In this document: piece by piece, positions 39,793 through 52,081 of the stretch
How the letters are laid out: each line of letters starts with the position of its first letter
Numbering within the stretch: the first letter of the stretch is position 1
Assembly (NCBI GenBank): GCA_002774875.1
Contig: PCYM01000001.1
Location: forward strand, 1,096-65,095
Origin: Candidatus Uhrbacteria bacterium CG10_big_fil_rev_8_21_14_0_10_50_16
Lineage (GTDB): Bacteria > Patescibacteriota > Patescibacteriia > UBA9934 > UBA11717
DNA: 64,000 nucleotides
Direction of reading: 5' to 3'
Notes under the pieces: generated by a model
What the model was told of the DNA's origin: nothing
Seen by the model: the letters and a program-made list of their open reading frames with translations, nothing else
Databases searched by the model: none
Position numbers and translations under genes: made by a program

Positions 39793-40953
39793 GTGTGTAT
39801 GAGTTTGTTTGCAAAAAAAGAAGAACGATTTGTAGGAATCGATATTGGAGCGGGCGGGATTAAGCTCGTTGAATTGTTGTATGAACATGGTGCCTATAAA
39901 TTGATGACGTATGGTTCTACTTCGCGAATGGCAGATGTCGTCGACACGGCACTTACGGATGTTCCAAAGGAGGCGGTGGATCATATTAAAGAACTCATTA
40001 AACAGGCAGGTGTTGAATCGACGCACGTGATTGCGTCGTTGCCGGTTCACTCGGTGTTTAGCTCTATTATTGCCATTCCAGATGTCAAAAATCCCGTGGA
40101 GACGCGGGCACTCGTGGAACGTCAGGCGGGTAAGTTAATGCCATTGCCGGTGGATCAAATGGTGATCGATTTTCAAATACTGGATCGTGTTGGGCGAGAG
40201 AATACTTCTATTCTCGATGCAGACGTCGCGGCGTCTAAACAGGCAAAGATCACCACATCATCCATTGCTGATAAAAATGTGCGTGTCCTTATTACGGGTG
40301 CCGAGAAAAAAATGGTGCAGACCTATACACAGATTTTCCAAGATGCAGGATTAGATTTGGCTAGTTTAGAGACAGAACCGTTTGCGCTTATCCGCTCATT
40401 GATCGGTAATGACAAGAGTCCTATTATGGTCTTGGATGTGGGGGCGTTTAGAACAAATATGACGATCGTAGAGGAAGGGATTCCCTTTTTGAATCGTAGT
40501 ATTAAAGTAGGTGGCGCCATGGTCACACGCGAGATTGCCAAACAAATGGGGATTGCCGTGGAGGAGGCCGAGCAGATGAAGCAAGACCTACATACAGAGA
40601 ACGGCGATGTTCCAAAGGCGGTGGTGGATTTATTTCAGCCAATCGTGAATGAGATTTCCTATGCCATGGAGTTGTTTGCAAAATCTAAGTTGTCGGATAA
40701 AGATCGCGTGGAAAAGGTGATTCTCACAGGTGGGTCTGCGTTGTTGTTGGGATTGGATACATTTTTGACGGAGAAATTGAACGTGCGAACGTTTGTAGGA
40801 GACCCATGGGCGCGCGTACAGATCAATGAGGCGATGCGGCCAATGCTCGAGGAGATTGGTCCGCGATTCTCTGTGGCGCTTGGGTTGGCGATGCATGCGG
40901 CAAAGGGCGCTCCGGTAGAGGTCAAGAAGGATTCCAAATCAAAGAAACAGTAG
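39793..40953 (+). CDS. pilM: type IV pilus assembly ATPase-like protein PilM (actin-like fold)
   Basis: FVGIDIGAGGIKLVEL is at the N-terminus and the length is about 380 aa. The gene sits in a pilin/prepilin-peptidase neighbourhood. An FtsA-like alternative cannot be excluded. Confidence 0.65.
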   Translation: MCMSLFAKKEERFVGIDIGAGGIKLVELLYEHGAYKLMTYGSTSRMADVVDTALTDVPKEAVDHIKELIKQAGVESTHVIASLPVHSVFSSIIAIPDVKNPVETRALVERQAGKLMPLPVDQMVIDFQILDRVGRENTSILDADVAASKQAKITTSSIADKNVRVLITGAEKKMVQTYTQIFQDAGLDLASLETEPFALIRSLIGNDKSPIMVLDVGAFRTNMTIVEEGIPFLNRSIKVGGAMVTREIAKQMGIAVEEAEQMKQDLHTENGDVPKAVVDLFQPIVNEISYAMELFAKSKLSDKDRVEKVILTGGSALLLGLDTFLTEKLNVRTFVGDPWARVQINEAMRPMLEEIGPRFSVALGLAMHAAKGAPVEVKKDSKSKKQ

Positions 40954-40954
40954 T

Positions 40955-41299
40955 ATGATCGAGGCGTGGCAACAACGATCCGAGCCGATCGGCCTTTTTG
41001 TTGGGGCGCCGGAGTTTCCGTTGTTGCATACGGTAATTGGAGATCGCGCGCATCGATTTGTTGTGCGTGGGCAGGGAATGCCACTTGTGGTCCAAATGCA
41101 TCCAAACATACCCGTTCGGACACTCGTAAGTTGTTTGGTTATTGGTAGACGCGTGGGATGTTATTTGAATGATGAAGATGACATTATGCATACGGCACAT
41201 CGACTCTTACGGGCGGCGCCAGGGCACATTGCACGATTACCGGTTGCTGTGTGGGATGGTGGTGCTTGGTCTCAACATCTTTTGTACGAGTTGGCATGA
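40955..41299 (+). CDS. hypothetical Arg/His/Gly-rich protein without a TM segment
   Basis: It is translationally coupled on both sides: it starts 1 nt after the pilM stop, and its stop overlaps the receiver gene's ATG (ATGA). It occupies the position where pilN/pilO usually sit, but has no TM helix. Confidence 0.35.
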   Translation: MIEAWQQRSEPIGLFVGAPEFPLLHTVIGDRAHRFVVRGQGMPLVVQMHPNIPVRTLVSCLVIGRRVGCYLNDEDDIMHTAHRLLRAAPGHIARLPVAVWDGGAWSQHLLYELA

Positions 41300-41685
41300 G
41301 CGCAAAACAACATATTTGTATCTTGGAGAACGATCCATTTTTTGCGGGCCTGTACGCGCGTAAGTTTGAGTCGCGTGGATGGAAAACAACCGTCATTGAG
41401 CATGCGGACGATTTGTCTAAATGCTTGGAGGACGAGGGTGTGGACCTGTTTATTATCGATATTGAGGGAGATGATTACTCTGCAAAGGACCTCGTGGAGC
41501 GGTTGAAGGCGCCCGCGAGTGCGTATCGGTCACTCCCGATTGTTATATTAACAAAGGTAAAGGACCGAGAGACCGTACAGAAGATGATGAAAATCGGTGT
41601 GGACGCTTATTTATTTAAAGGTCACTTTGTACCCAACGAGGTTGTGGAGAAGGTACAGCGCATTTTAGACAGCGGAGTGGTATAA
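41296..41685 (+). CDS. stand-alone response regulator receiver (CheY/PilH-like)
   Basis: It has a receiver fold with the phospho-acceptor Asp in DLFIIDIEGDD, then the conserved T (ILTKV) and K (YLFKGH). The N-terminal acidic pair is atypical (END). Confidence 0.65.
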   Translation: MSAKQHICILENDPFFAGLYARKFESRGWKTTVIEHADDLSKCLEDEGVDLFIIDIEGDDYSAKDLVERLKAPASAYRSLPIVILTKVKDRETVQKMMKIGVDAYLFKGHFVPNEVVEKVQRILDSGVV

Positions 41686-41708
41686 TCAATGCATTCAAGC
41701 AACCGTCT

Positions 41709-42200
41709 ATGGAAAAACCATCAGGAATCACATTAGTGGAGGGCCTCATTATTGGAGGGATCTTCTGTATTTTGTTGTTTGCAACAGGAATCTCGTTGTC
41801 GGCGGCGCGTGAGCGTGTGCGTGATTATAAGCGTATTTCCGATGTTTCGCGCGTACAGGCGGCATTGGAGCTGTACTACAATGAACAAAATCAGTATCCA
41901 AAGACGGAAGGGAAGATTGCTCTTGGAAACGGTGGGGCGCTCTGTTTGAGTAGCTCTGGGTTCCAGCCAACGTGCTCGTCTACGGGTCGTGTGTTTTTAA
42001 ATCCTGTGCCAAGTCAGACGGGCATCGGGTTGGGGGGATCGGACTTGCAGGTCTATGCGTATGAGAGTGATGGAGAGAATTACGTGATTTCTTTGGTGAT
42101 CGAGCGGGCGATTCCTCAGGTGGCTATTGAGAAAGGGTTGGTGTGCGCGCGTCCTGGGTCGCCTATTCAGGCGTCGGCAAGCGGCGTGTGCGCGCTTTAG
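41709..42200 (+). CDS. type IV pilin / pseudopilin (prepilin-type N-terminal methylation domain)
   Basis: It has a class III signal (MEKPSG-ITLVEGLIIGGIF) with Glu at +5, and two Cys near the C-terminus. Confidence 0.7.
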   Translation: MEKPSGITLVEGLIIGGIFCILLFATGISLSAARERVRDYKRISDVSRVQAALELYYNEQNQYPKTEGKIALGNGGALCLSSSGFQPTCSSTGRVFLNPVPSQTGIGLGGSDLQVYAYESDGENYVISLVIERAIPQVAIEKGLVCARPGSPIQASASGVCAL

Positions 42201-42204
42201 GCAA

Positions 42205-42232
42205 TTTGTGCTCAACTGATCGTAAGAGACAG
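42205..42232 (+). terminator. rho-independent terminator after the pilin gene
   Basis: The sequence is ACAGGC-TTGAC-AGGCCTGTTTTTTT. Confidence 0.5.
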
Positions 42233-42428
42233 GCTTGACAGGCCTGTTTTTTTGTTGTATGTTTGGTGGGCGACAATCCGTTGCACGAGGAGACTGGCAT
42301 GGCCCTGAACCCCTACACGCCGCCCCCCAAGGTGGACGGCCCCGAGTCGCGCGCGAGCGTGCGCGACTACCCTCGTCCTCGTCACGGGCAGGTCCTCGAC
42401 CTGCCCGTGGAGGTTCCCTCCAACGGGG

Positions 42429-43721
42429 GTGAGCTCAAGCCGGCGACGGCCTGAGCTCGCTCTACCCCCCCACGCGGTCTTCGGGCTGCACTTCTACGAC
42501 CGGCGCCTGGAACCTCAGGACGCCGGCCTCGTACGTTCATGCGCAACGCAGAAAGAGCGGAAGATGAAGTCGGACATTGCAGATGTAAACTTGCAGAAGT
42601 TGTATGAGGCACTGGAAGCAGCGCTGAGAAACGCGGGTGTTGCAGACAAGATTTCCGTGGCAACGTCGTTGAGGGCGTTTGTGGATACTGTGGACGAATT
42701 GGCGGTCGAGCGTGGCCAGTTACTTGCTGCGCTGGAGCACGCCACCACCGATTCGGTTACGGGACTGCTGAGATCTGACCAATGGCGTCAGCAACTCGCC
42801 ATGGCGCTCAGGCAGGCATTGGGAGAAGCGGCGATCGTGCCCATCCTCGATGGTATGTTCCCGCTTGCGGCGGCCCGGATGGTGGGGTTAAAGGATGTGG
42901 TCAGAAGTGTCGTCCTTGCGACGTTTGACGTTCGTGCGTTGGACTATACCAACGCGCTGCTAGGCTATGCCGCGGGCAGCGAGATGCTGACGCTGTGTGC
43001 ACAGACGGCGGCGACGGTGTTGGACGAGTTCCTCTCCTCCTACGGGATGCAGCGGAGAACCAGTGTTCGCGACCCTCTGTGGCTGTGTTCACTCACACGG
43101 ACCGGCGGCGATGAATTCCGTGCGGTCTTGGTTGGTCAGGCGGCCACGCGTTGGCGCGACGTGCGCGACGGACTGTTCATGCGTCTGAGCGAGGAAGAAG
43201 TGCCGGGGCTCGACATCCCGCCCGCGATGGCATCCGGTGCCATGTCCATGCACGTCTTGCTCTGGTACGTGGGCGCGTTCTATCGGTGGCGGGGCCTGTC
43301 TCTGCCCACCGACAGGGAGGAGATCATCACGCTCGCCATTCAACTGTGGTGTGCCTTCACGGAGGCGCGCGCAGATGCACAGCGGGTGGTGGAATACGGT
43401 CTCCTGTTTGCCGATGCGTGGGACGATGACCCTGTAAAGCGCGAGCGGTTCGATCGGTGGATGTCCACCAAGTTGATGGCCTCGGCCTTCAATGGACGAA
43501 CTCTGGATGAGGTGCACAACCTGTGCCGAAGCGCGTCCATGTGTCTGAAGGCAGACGACACCAAGGGTGCCAAGGCGGTGTTCGTGCACGATCACGATGA
43601 TCGTATGCGTGTTCACTTCAACATCCTCCTGGCCAAGGCGCGGGCGCTGCAAGAAGAAAACATCCGTCTCCGGCTCGAGATCTTCGTGATCTCCAATGAG
43701 TTCGAGTTTCCTATCCCCTAA
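42429..43721 (+). CDS. GGDEF-domain protein (putative diguanylate cyclase) with an uncharacterised C-terminal extension of about 180 aa, on a GC-rich segment
   Basis: D-SVTGLLRSDQWRQQL matches the D.LTGL.NR entry motif of GGDEF domains. FDVRALDYTNALLGYAAGSEML corresponds to the D.D.FK..ND..GH..GD block, and LTRTGGDEFRAVLVG is an intact GGDEF active site. The segment 42230-43720 is about 60-70% GC against a local background of about 50%. The start is uncertain; ATG 42564 (MKSDIADV) is an alternative. Confidence 0.6.
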   Translation: MSSSRRRPELALPPHAVFGLHFYDRRLEPQDAGLVRSCATQKERKMKSDIADVNLQKLYEALEAALRNAGVADKISVATSLRAFVDTVDELAVERGQLLAALEHATTDSVTGLLRSDQWRQQLAMALRQALGEAAIVPILDGMFPLAAARMVGLKDVVRSVVLATFDVRALDYTNALLGYAAGSEMLTLCAQTAATVLDEFLSSYGMQRRTSVRDPLWLCSLTRTGGDEFRAVLVGQAATRWRDVRDGLFMRLSEEEVPGLDIPPAMASGAMSMHVLLWYVGAFYRWRGLSLPTDREEIITLAIQLWCAFTEARADAQRVVEYGLLFADAWDDDPVKRERFDRWMSTKLMASAFNGRTLDEVHNLCRSASMCLKADDTKGAKAVFVHDHDDRMRVHFNILLAKARALQEENIRLRLEIFVISNEFEFPIP

Positions 43722-43810
43722 GGGGAATCAACGTCGAGGGGCTCCGGCCCCTCATTCATTTTGTTAAAAAGCGTCTATCCTAACCGCTCAAACTTTGCTA
43801 AACTACCCCT

Positions 43811-46614
<2,804 letters not shown>

Positions 46615-46622
46615 TTACAGCT

Positions 46623-46916
46623 ATGGATACCAAACAGTTTGACACACTTTTACAACTCGCCTCGCTCCACGTGGATGCAAGTGAACGCGAGAGATTGCAG
46701 GACGATATTGGGAGCATTCTATCCTATGTCGACAAGCTCCAAGGATTAAAATTGGATTCTGTTGAGTTTGCGCGCACTGTGGTTGCCGCAGAATCGTACA
46801 GGGAGGATATAATCATTCCTGCAGCGCCTGCAGAGAGAAAAATGGTGATAGAAAATTTCCCAAGCACCACGTCCGATAACTTACTCGAGGCACACGCCGT
46901 GATTGATCGCACTTAG
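46623..46916 (+). CDS. gatC: Asp/Glu-tRNA amidotransferase subunit C
   Basis: This 97 aa protein has an N-terminus typical of GatC (LAS.L.....E..RL..D...IL.YV..L) and lies immediately upstream of gatA. Confidence 0.75.
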   Translation: MDTKQFDTLLQLASLHVDASERERLQDDIGSILSYVDKLQGLKLDSVEFARTVVAAESYREDIIIPAAPAERKMVIENFPSTTSDNLLEAHAVIDRT

Positions 46917-48324
46917 TATGACCATTGCAGAATTGAGATTAAACATGGAGCAGGGGACCATGACGGCGCGACAGGTGGTAGACAGCTATTTGGAGCGTAT
47001 TGAGGCGCAGGATCACAACGTTGGTGCGTTTTTAGAAGTGTTTGGTGCGGATGCACGGTTGCAAGCGGATGAGATTGACGCACGTCGTGCACGCGGGGAG
47101 TCGCTAGGGTCCCTTGCAGGGATTCCGATTGCCGTTAAGGACAATATTCTTATGCAGGGCAAAACGGCCACAGGAGGATCTGCTATTTTGGAATCCTACA
47201 CAGCGGCCTATGACGCAACGGCGATTGCACGGCTCAAGGCCGCGGATGCCATTTTGATGGGGCGTACCAATTGTGATGAGTTTGGGTGCGGATCGTCTAC
47301 GGAATCAAGTGCGTATGGAGTGACTAAGAATCCGATTGACCTTACGCGTATCGCAGGTGGTTCCTCCGGTGGGTCAGCTGCTGCTGTTAAGGCCGAGTTT
47401 GTGCCAGCGGCTCTTGGAAGCGAGACAGGTGGGTCTACACGACAACCGGCGGCAATGTGCGGTGTGGTCGGGTTTAAGCCAACGTATGGGTACATCTCTC
47501 GCTATGGGTTGATGGCCTATGCCTCGAGTCTTGATCATATTGGAACGTTTGCAAACAACGTGGAGGATGTTGCGGAGGTTATGCGCGTAATTGCCGGTAA
47601 GGATGATAAGGACGCTACGACCGTGGAGGGAGAGATTGCCTTTCCGGAGTTTTCTGATGGCGTCAAGGGTAAACGTATTGGCGTTCCAAAGCAGTTTTTT
47701 GATGAAAATTTAGATCCGGCGCTTGTAAAACGTGTGCGAGAGGCGATTGCGGTGTTTGAGGAGGGTGGGGCGACGATTGTGGAGCTCAACCTTCCAATTT
47801 TGGAGTACGCACTTGCCATGTATTACATCATTGCCACAGCAGAGTTATCCAGCAATCTCAATCGATACGATGGATTGCAATATGGATCTGTGGTTGCGGG
47901 AGAGACAATCGAGGAGCAAGTCGCCACAACACGTACGGCGGGATTTGGAACAGAGGTTAAACGTCGCATTCTGCTTGGAACGTATGTGCTCTCAGCGGGT
48001 CATGTGGACGCCTATTACAAAAAAGCCATTGCGGCACGGCAGACGCTGTGTGACGCGATGGACAATGCCTGGGAGGAGGTAGATGTGATTATGGGGCCAA
48101 CGAGTCCGGTGGTTGCCTGGCCGCTAGGGGAGAAGATGGACGACCCGGTGACCATGTACCTGGCGGACATTTACACAGTTGTCGCCAATTTGGCGGGCAT
48201 CCCTGGATTATCTGTCCCCTGCGGTAACGTGGATGATCTGCCGGTTGGATTGCAGATCATGGGTCCTAGAAACGCAGACGCCACCGTGTTGGACATGGGC
48301 TATTGGTATCAAAACAACGTCTAA
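46903..48324 (+). CDS. gatA: Asp/Glu-tRNA amidotransferase subunit A (amidase)
   Basis: The amidase signature GIPIAVKDNI...GGSSGGSAAAV is present. An alternative start at ATG 46918 is possible. Confidence 0.9.
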   Translation: MIALSMTIAELRLNMEQGTMTARQVVDSYLERIEAQDHNVGAFLEVFGADARLQADEIDARRARGESLGSLAGIPIAVKDNILMQGKTATGGSAILESYTAAYDATAIARLKAADAILMGRTNCDEFGCGSSTESSAYGVTKNPIDLTRIAGGSSGGSAAAVKAEFVPAALGSETGGSTRQPAAMCGVVGFKPTYGYISRYGLMAYASSLDHIGTFANNVEDVAEVMRVIAGKDDKDATTVEGEIAFPEFSDGVKGKRIGVPKQFFDENLDPALVKRVREAIAVFEEGGATIVELNLPILEYALAMYYIIATAELSSNLNRYDGLQYGSVVAGETIEEQVATTRTAGFGTEVKRRILLGTYVLSAGHVDAYYKKAIAARQTLCDAMDNAWEEVDVIMGPTSPVVAWPLGEKMDDPVTMYLADIYTVVANLAGIPGLSVPCGNVDDLPVGLQIMGPRNADATVLDMGYWYQNNV

Positions 48325-48756
48325 ATGCTTCTTATCGCCGCAATCGTATTGCTTGCCATGATCCTCATTGTTATTGGGGTGGCGATTGGGTTTCAGTCAC
48401 ATCTGCAAGGCATGGATGATCAATTGCGATTAGATGCGGTGGATTGCGAGGCGGTCAAAAAGAAACTGCACGAGGTGGATCGTATGCTTGCGAGTGATCA
48501 ATTACGATTTGCGGTGATTGAGGCAGATAAGCTTTTGCATTTTGTGGTGAAAGAAATGTTGTACGAGGGACAGCCAATTGAGGATCATTTGGAAAGCGTG
48601 CGGGAGTATGAAACGCGTTTTGAAGGGATTCCCGAGGCCTCGAGTTTTGCGCAACGACTGCAGGAGCAACCCTCGACCCCGATTGATGCACAAACGGCCG
48701 GACGCACCGTGGAAACCTATCATCGAGCTCTCAAACGACTGGGTGTGTTGAATTGA
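48325..48756 (+). CDS. hypothetical membrane-anchored protein
   Basis: It has an N-terminal TM (LLIAAIVLLAMILIVIGVAIGF) followed by a soluble helical domain, and starts directly after gatA. Confidence 0.35.
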   Translation: MLLIAAIVLLAMILIVIGVAIGFQSHLQGMDDQLRLDAVDCEAVKKKLHEVDRMLASDQLRFAVIEADKLLHFVVKEMLYEGQPIEDHLESVREYETRFEGIPEASSFAQRLQEQPSTPIDAQTAGRTVETYHRALKRLGVLN

Positions 48757-48791
48757 TACGTGACGATCCGATTAAGACAGTAAGAAACACT

Positions 48792-49550
48792 ATGATTCCA
48801 TATTTTACACAAACTGTGATTCACCTGGGTCCGCTCCCAATCCAAGTTTGGGGCACCATGGTTGCACTGGGTATTGCTGTGGGACTTTGGGTGTCGGGAA
48901 AGCGCGCCGAGAAGCTCGGGCTTAACAAAAAAATTGTCTACGATCTTGGAACCTATGCCGTAATTGCTGCCATGGTGGGCGCGCGTGTAGTGCATTCGTT
49001 TGTGTATGAGATTGGGGCGACGCTGCAGGATCCGTTGGAATTTTTCCGTGTGTGGCATGGAGGGTTTTCTGTCATGGGTGGATTTATTGGCGCCTGTTTA
49101 ATGAGTTACTGGTATTTGCGTAAGCATCATGTGGACGTGTGGCGCTATGCAGATGCCACGATTTTTGGCCTGCCTATTGGGTTAGGAATTGGGCGTATTG
49201 GATGCTTTTTGATCCATGACCATCCCGGGACGGCGTCGGATTTTATTCTTGCTGTGCAATATCCCGACGGCGTGGCGCGGCACGATCACGGTCTGTATCT
49301 CTCGTTGAATGGATTTGCGATGGCGCTCGTGTTTTGGTGGATGAGTCGACGCAGGCTACCGGTGGGCGCGTACTTGGCCGTGTTTGGGGTCTGGTATGGA
49401 GCAGTGCGATTTTGGCTGGATTTTTATCGGACTATCGACACACGCTATTTTGGTCTCACGCCAGCGCAATATGTGTCCGTTGCCATGTTTGGACTTGGAC
49501 TGTGGGGGATCTGGAAATGTGTGCAATCAACGCGTAAAAAAAGTGGATAA
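48792..49550 (+). CDS. lgt: prolipoprotein diacylglyceryl transferase
   Basis: GPLPIQVWGTMVALGIAVG is at the N-terminus, and the Lgt signature region G.GRIGCF is present. Confidence 0.8.
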   Translation: MIPYFTQTVIHLGPLPIQVWGTMVALGIAVGLWVSGKRAEKLGLNKKIVYDLGTYAVIAAMVGARVVHSFVYEIGATLQDPLEFFRVWHGGFSVMGGFIGACLMSYWYLRKHHVDVWRYADATIFGLPIGLGIGRIGCFLIHDHPGTASDFILAVQYPDGVARHDHGLYLSLNGFAMALVFWWMSRRRLPVGAYLAVFGVWYGAVRFWLDFYRTIDTRYFGLTPAQYVSVAMFGLGLWGIWKCVQSTRKKSG

Positions 49551-49636
49551 CTTTGAGAATTGCGCGTCTCCCATGTCTTGAGTCAACGGCGTGCGCGTGA
49601 TAAGATACACCCGTAACTGAATAAATAAACATCCCT

Positions 49637-50386
49637 ATGGAAGAAAACACCCCACGAGAACAAGGATTTCTGGATGGTCCTCCAAAAACCATGTTCGCAT
49701 TTGGTATCGCTTGCGGTATCGCTGTCTCGGCATTTATCTTTGTTCTCGCCGGAGGCACGGGCGGAGCGGGGTTGCTCGCAGCATCTGGAAGCGGACGTGC
49801 TGCAGACGCCGCACCTCTTGTAGCACAGCCAACCAATAACGGAGCCGCGCCTGCAGGTGCACCTGTTCCTGATATTACCAAGGACGATTACGTTCGCGGT
49901 GATTTGAGCAAGGCGAAGGTCGTGATGATTGAGTACTCGGACTACGAGTGTCCATTCTGCAGCCGTCACCACCCAACGCTCAAAGCGATGATGGATGAGT
50001 TTGGCGACGATGTTGCATGGGTCTACCGACAGTTCCCACTCACAAGTATTCACCAACAAGCGATGCCTGCGGCGACGGCAGCGTTGTGTGCGGGGGATCT
50101 TGGTGGAAACGAGGCGTTTTGGGATATGACCGATGCGTTATTTGAGAATCAGTCCACGCTTGGACAGGCTACATACGAGAAGTTGGCAGCCGACATTGGC
50201 CTTAATGCTAAGAAGTTTTCCACGTGTCTTGTGTCGGGAGAGTTTAACGATCGCATTAACAACGAACAAAGCGGGGGAGCGGCGTCTGGCGTAACCGGAA
50301 CACCGGGAACGTTTATCAACGGACAGCTCATTCCAGGAGCGGTTCCAGAAGATCAGATCCGATCCATTATTCAAGGATTGCTTTAA
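49637..50386 (+). CDS. membrane-anchored DsbA-like thiol:disulfide oxidoreductase
   Basis: An N-terminal TM is followed by a thioredoxin fold with the CPFC active site (YSDYECPFCSRHH). Confidence 0.75.
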   Translation: MEENTPREQGFLDGPPKTMFAFGIACGIAVSAFIFVLAGGTGGAGLLAASGSGRAADAAPLVAQPTNNGAAPAGAPVPDITKDDYVRGDLSKAKVVMIEYSDYECPFCSRHHPTLKAMMDEFGDDVAWVYRQFPLTSIHQQAMPAATAALCAGDLGGNEAFWDMTDALFENQSTLGQATYEKLAADIGLNAKKFSTCLVSGEFNDRINNEQSGGAASGVTGTPGTFINGQLIPGAVPEDQIRSIIQGLL

Positions 50387-50395
50387 GAGTTCTAA

Positions 50396-50430
50396 AAACC
50401 CTGCGTTTAGGCGCAGGGTTTTGGTTTTAT
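50396..50430 (+). terminator. rho-independent terminator after the dsbA-like gene
   Basis: The sequence is AAAACCCTGCG-TTTAG-GCGCAGGGTTTTGGTTTT. Confidence 0.55.
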
Positions 50431-50470
50431 GGACAAGAGCGTGGAAATACGCTATAGTCGCCACGCATTT

Positions 50471-50558
50471 GGAGAGGTCGCATAGTGGCCTAGTGCGCCA
50501 TCTTGGAAAGGTGGTATACCGCAAGGTATCGGGGGTTCGAATCCCCCCCTCTCCGCCA
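50471..50558 (+). tRNA. tRNA-Ser (anticodon GGA)
   Basis: The cloverleaf folds by hand. The acceptor is GGAGAGG/CCTCTCC, the anticodon stem CCATC/GGTGG with loop TTGGAAA, and the long variable arm ATACC-GCAA-GGTAT. The T arm is GGGGG-TTCGAAT-CCCCC, and CCA is encoded. Confidence 0.85.
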
Positions 50559-50567
50559 ACCAAAAGA

Positions 50568-50592
50568 ACGAGCTTGCCTCGTTTTTTTGGTT
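50568..50592 (+). terminator. rho-independent terminator after tRNA-Ser
   Basis: The sequence is ACGAG-CTTGC-CTCGTTTTTTTGG. Confidence 0.5.
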
Positions 50593-50944
50593 GGTGAGGG
50601 GTAAGAGCGTATGCCCTGCGGCATGCGCGACGGGTTCAGACGGTCAAAGACAATCGCCGCTTGTTGACGGACATATTGGCTAACGTTCAAAACTTGTAAG
50701 AATAAACGGAACAAAGTGAAGTGAGTGAACCTCATAGTCCTTGTTGTACGATGTATATTTTTTTCTTTTTTCTGCGATAGCAAAACTGCTTTTCAATAAT
50801 AAATGCAAATTGGATTTGTTTTGGCGAGCACACGAGGAGAACTAAAGAGGTGAATTGTGCGAGTCAAAACTCCTTATAAAGAACGGATGGTGAAAAGCTT
50901 GATTGGTTTGGTTCTTTGTGTTTATATTGCATCTAATCTGCAAT

Positions 50945-51901
50945 ATGAAGATTGATTTAACATATCACCCTGATTATGCTGAATTGACGAGTGGTTTTAA
51001 AGCTCTTCGAGAGATTTTTTCTGATCACTATCGGGTTGATTCCGGTTTAGTTATTCCTACAAATGGTGCAACAGGAGCATTGGACGCCGTGTTTTCGTGT
51101 ACATTGGCTCATGCTGATGGAAAACCAACTGATGCATTGGTTTCTTCCATGGAATATTTCGATGCTGTGAGGATGTTGAAGTTATATGGTTTTGGATTGA
51201 GATCCGTTCCTTCTGATGGCATAAATTACCCGACTGATAAAGTTGTCGAAGCGTTAAGAAGAAATGCACCGAGTTTATTTTATTTATCTGTGCCCAATAA
51301 TCCTTCAGGCCGAGTATTATCTGAGGCTGATTTAGGCCAAATATTGGAGGCTGTGTCAGATAAAACCAGAGTTCTTATAGATATCACTTTAATTGGTACC
51401 CCTTCTCACTGTTTACCGAGAGAACTATTAAATAAACATGATGATAGAATAGATATAGTTGTTGTTGATTCTTTGTCAAAAAAGCGAGGACTGGTAAGAG
51501 ATCGTGGCTGGGCTATTGTAGCTCTGAGAAAAAGTACTGCTGATCGAATACATCCATTTGCTCATGCCACAAACCTACATGGTATGCAAACAGCAATAGC
51601 TCGCATGAATGATGTGACCGCTGAAAGCGAGACGCATGAAAAAATTAGAACATCGCAAAAAATTTTAGATGCCTGGAGCAATGATTTTGCAGTTTATCAT
51701 CCATCTAATTCCAATTTTGCTTGTATAGAGCTTCTGACAACAACAGGTTCTGACTGCAAGCAACGATTAGAGCAAAGAGGTATTAAATTGCGGGCAGGGG
51801 CAGATCTTTATATTGATGATAAATATATTAGGATCGATATGGAACAGCCGAAAGTTCTGCAAGATTTTTTGTCTGCTTTAGATAATATTTTGGTTCAGTA
51901 G
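50945..51901 (+). CDS. class I/II aminotransferase-like PLP enzyme (HisC-like fold), on an AT-rich segment
   Basis: VPNNPSGRV and the Lys-containing DSLSKKRGL motif match fold-type I aminotransferases. It is about 40% GC, well below the local background. Confidence 0.55.
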   Translation: MKIDLTYHPDYAELTSGFKALREIFSDHYRVDSGLVIPTNGATGALDAVFSCTLAHADGKPTDALVSSMEYFDAVRMLKLYGFGLRSVPSDGINYPTDKVVEALRRNAPSLFYLSVPNNPSGRVLSEADLGQILEAVSDKTRVLIDITLIGTPSHCLPRELLNKHDDRIDIVVVDSLSKKRGLVRDRGWAIVALRKSTADRIHPFAHATNLHGMQTAIARMNDVTAESETHEKIRTSQKILDAWSNDFAVYHPSNSNFACIELLTTTGSDCKQRLEQRGIKLRAGADLYIDDKYIRIDMEQPKVLQDFLSALDNILVQ

Positions 51902-52081
51902 TTTTCCCCTCTATCAAAAAAGAAAATGCAATTTGCATTTTATTGTAAAACAAAGGACTTTGCCCGTAAAAGGAAAAGTATACTTCATTTACCGTGTGCG
52001 AGTATACGATGTTTGCGTAGCAAATATTGGTGAAGCGTAGCGGAACTGCATACACGCAATTGTGTGATGGCGCGGAAATTT

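Noticed and set aside
40659-41200. Minus-strand ORFs 40659..41123 and 40922..41200 opposite the pilM 3' end and the 114 aa ORF
   Set aside because: The plus-strand genes are translationally coupled in a tight series, which supports the plus-strand interpretation.
42263-42454. 63 aa ORF in the highly GC-rich leader of the GGDEF gene
   Set aside because: It could be a real small gene of the acquired segment, but in about 70% GC DNA long ORFs arise in several frames (for example 42235..42432 and 42382..42663 overlap it), so it is not called.
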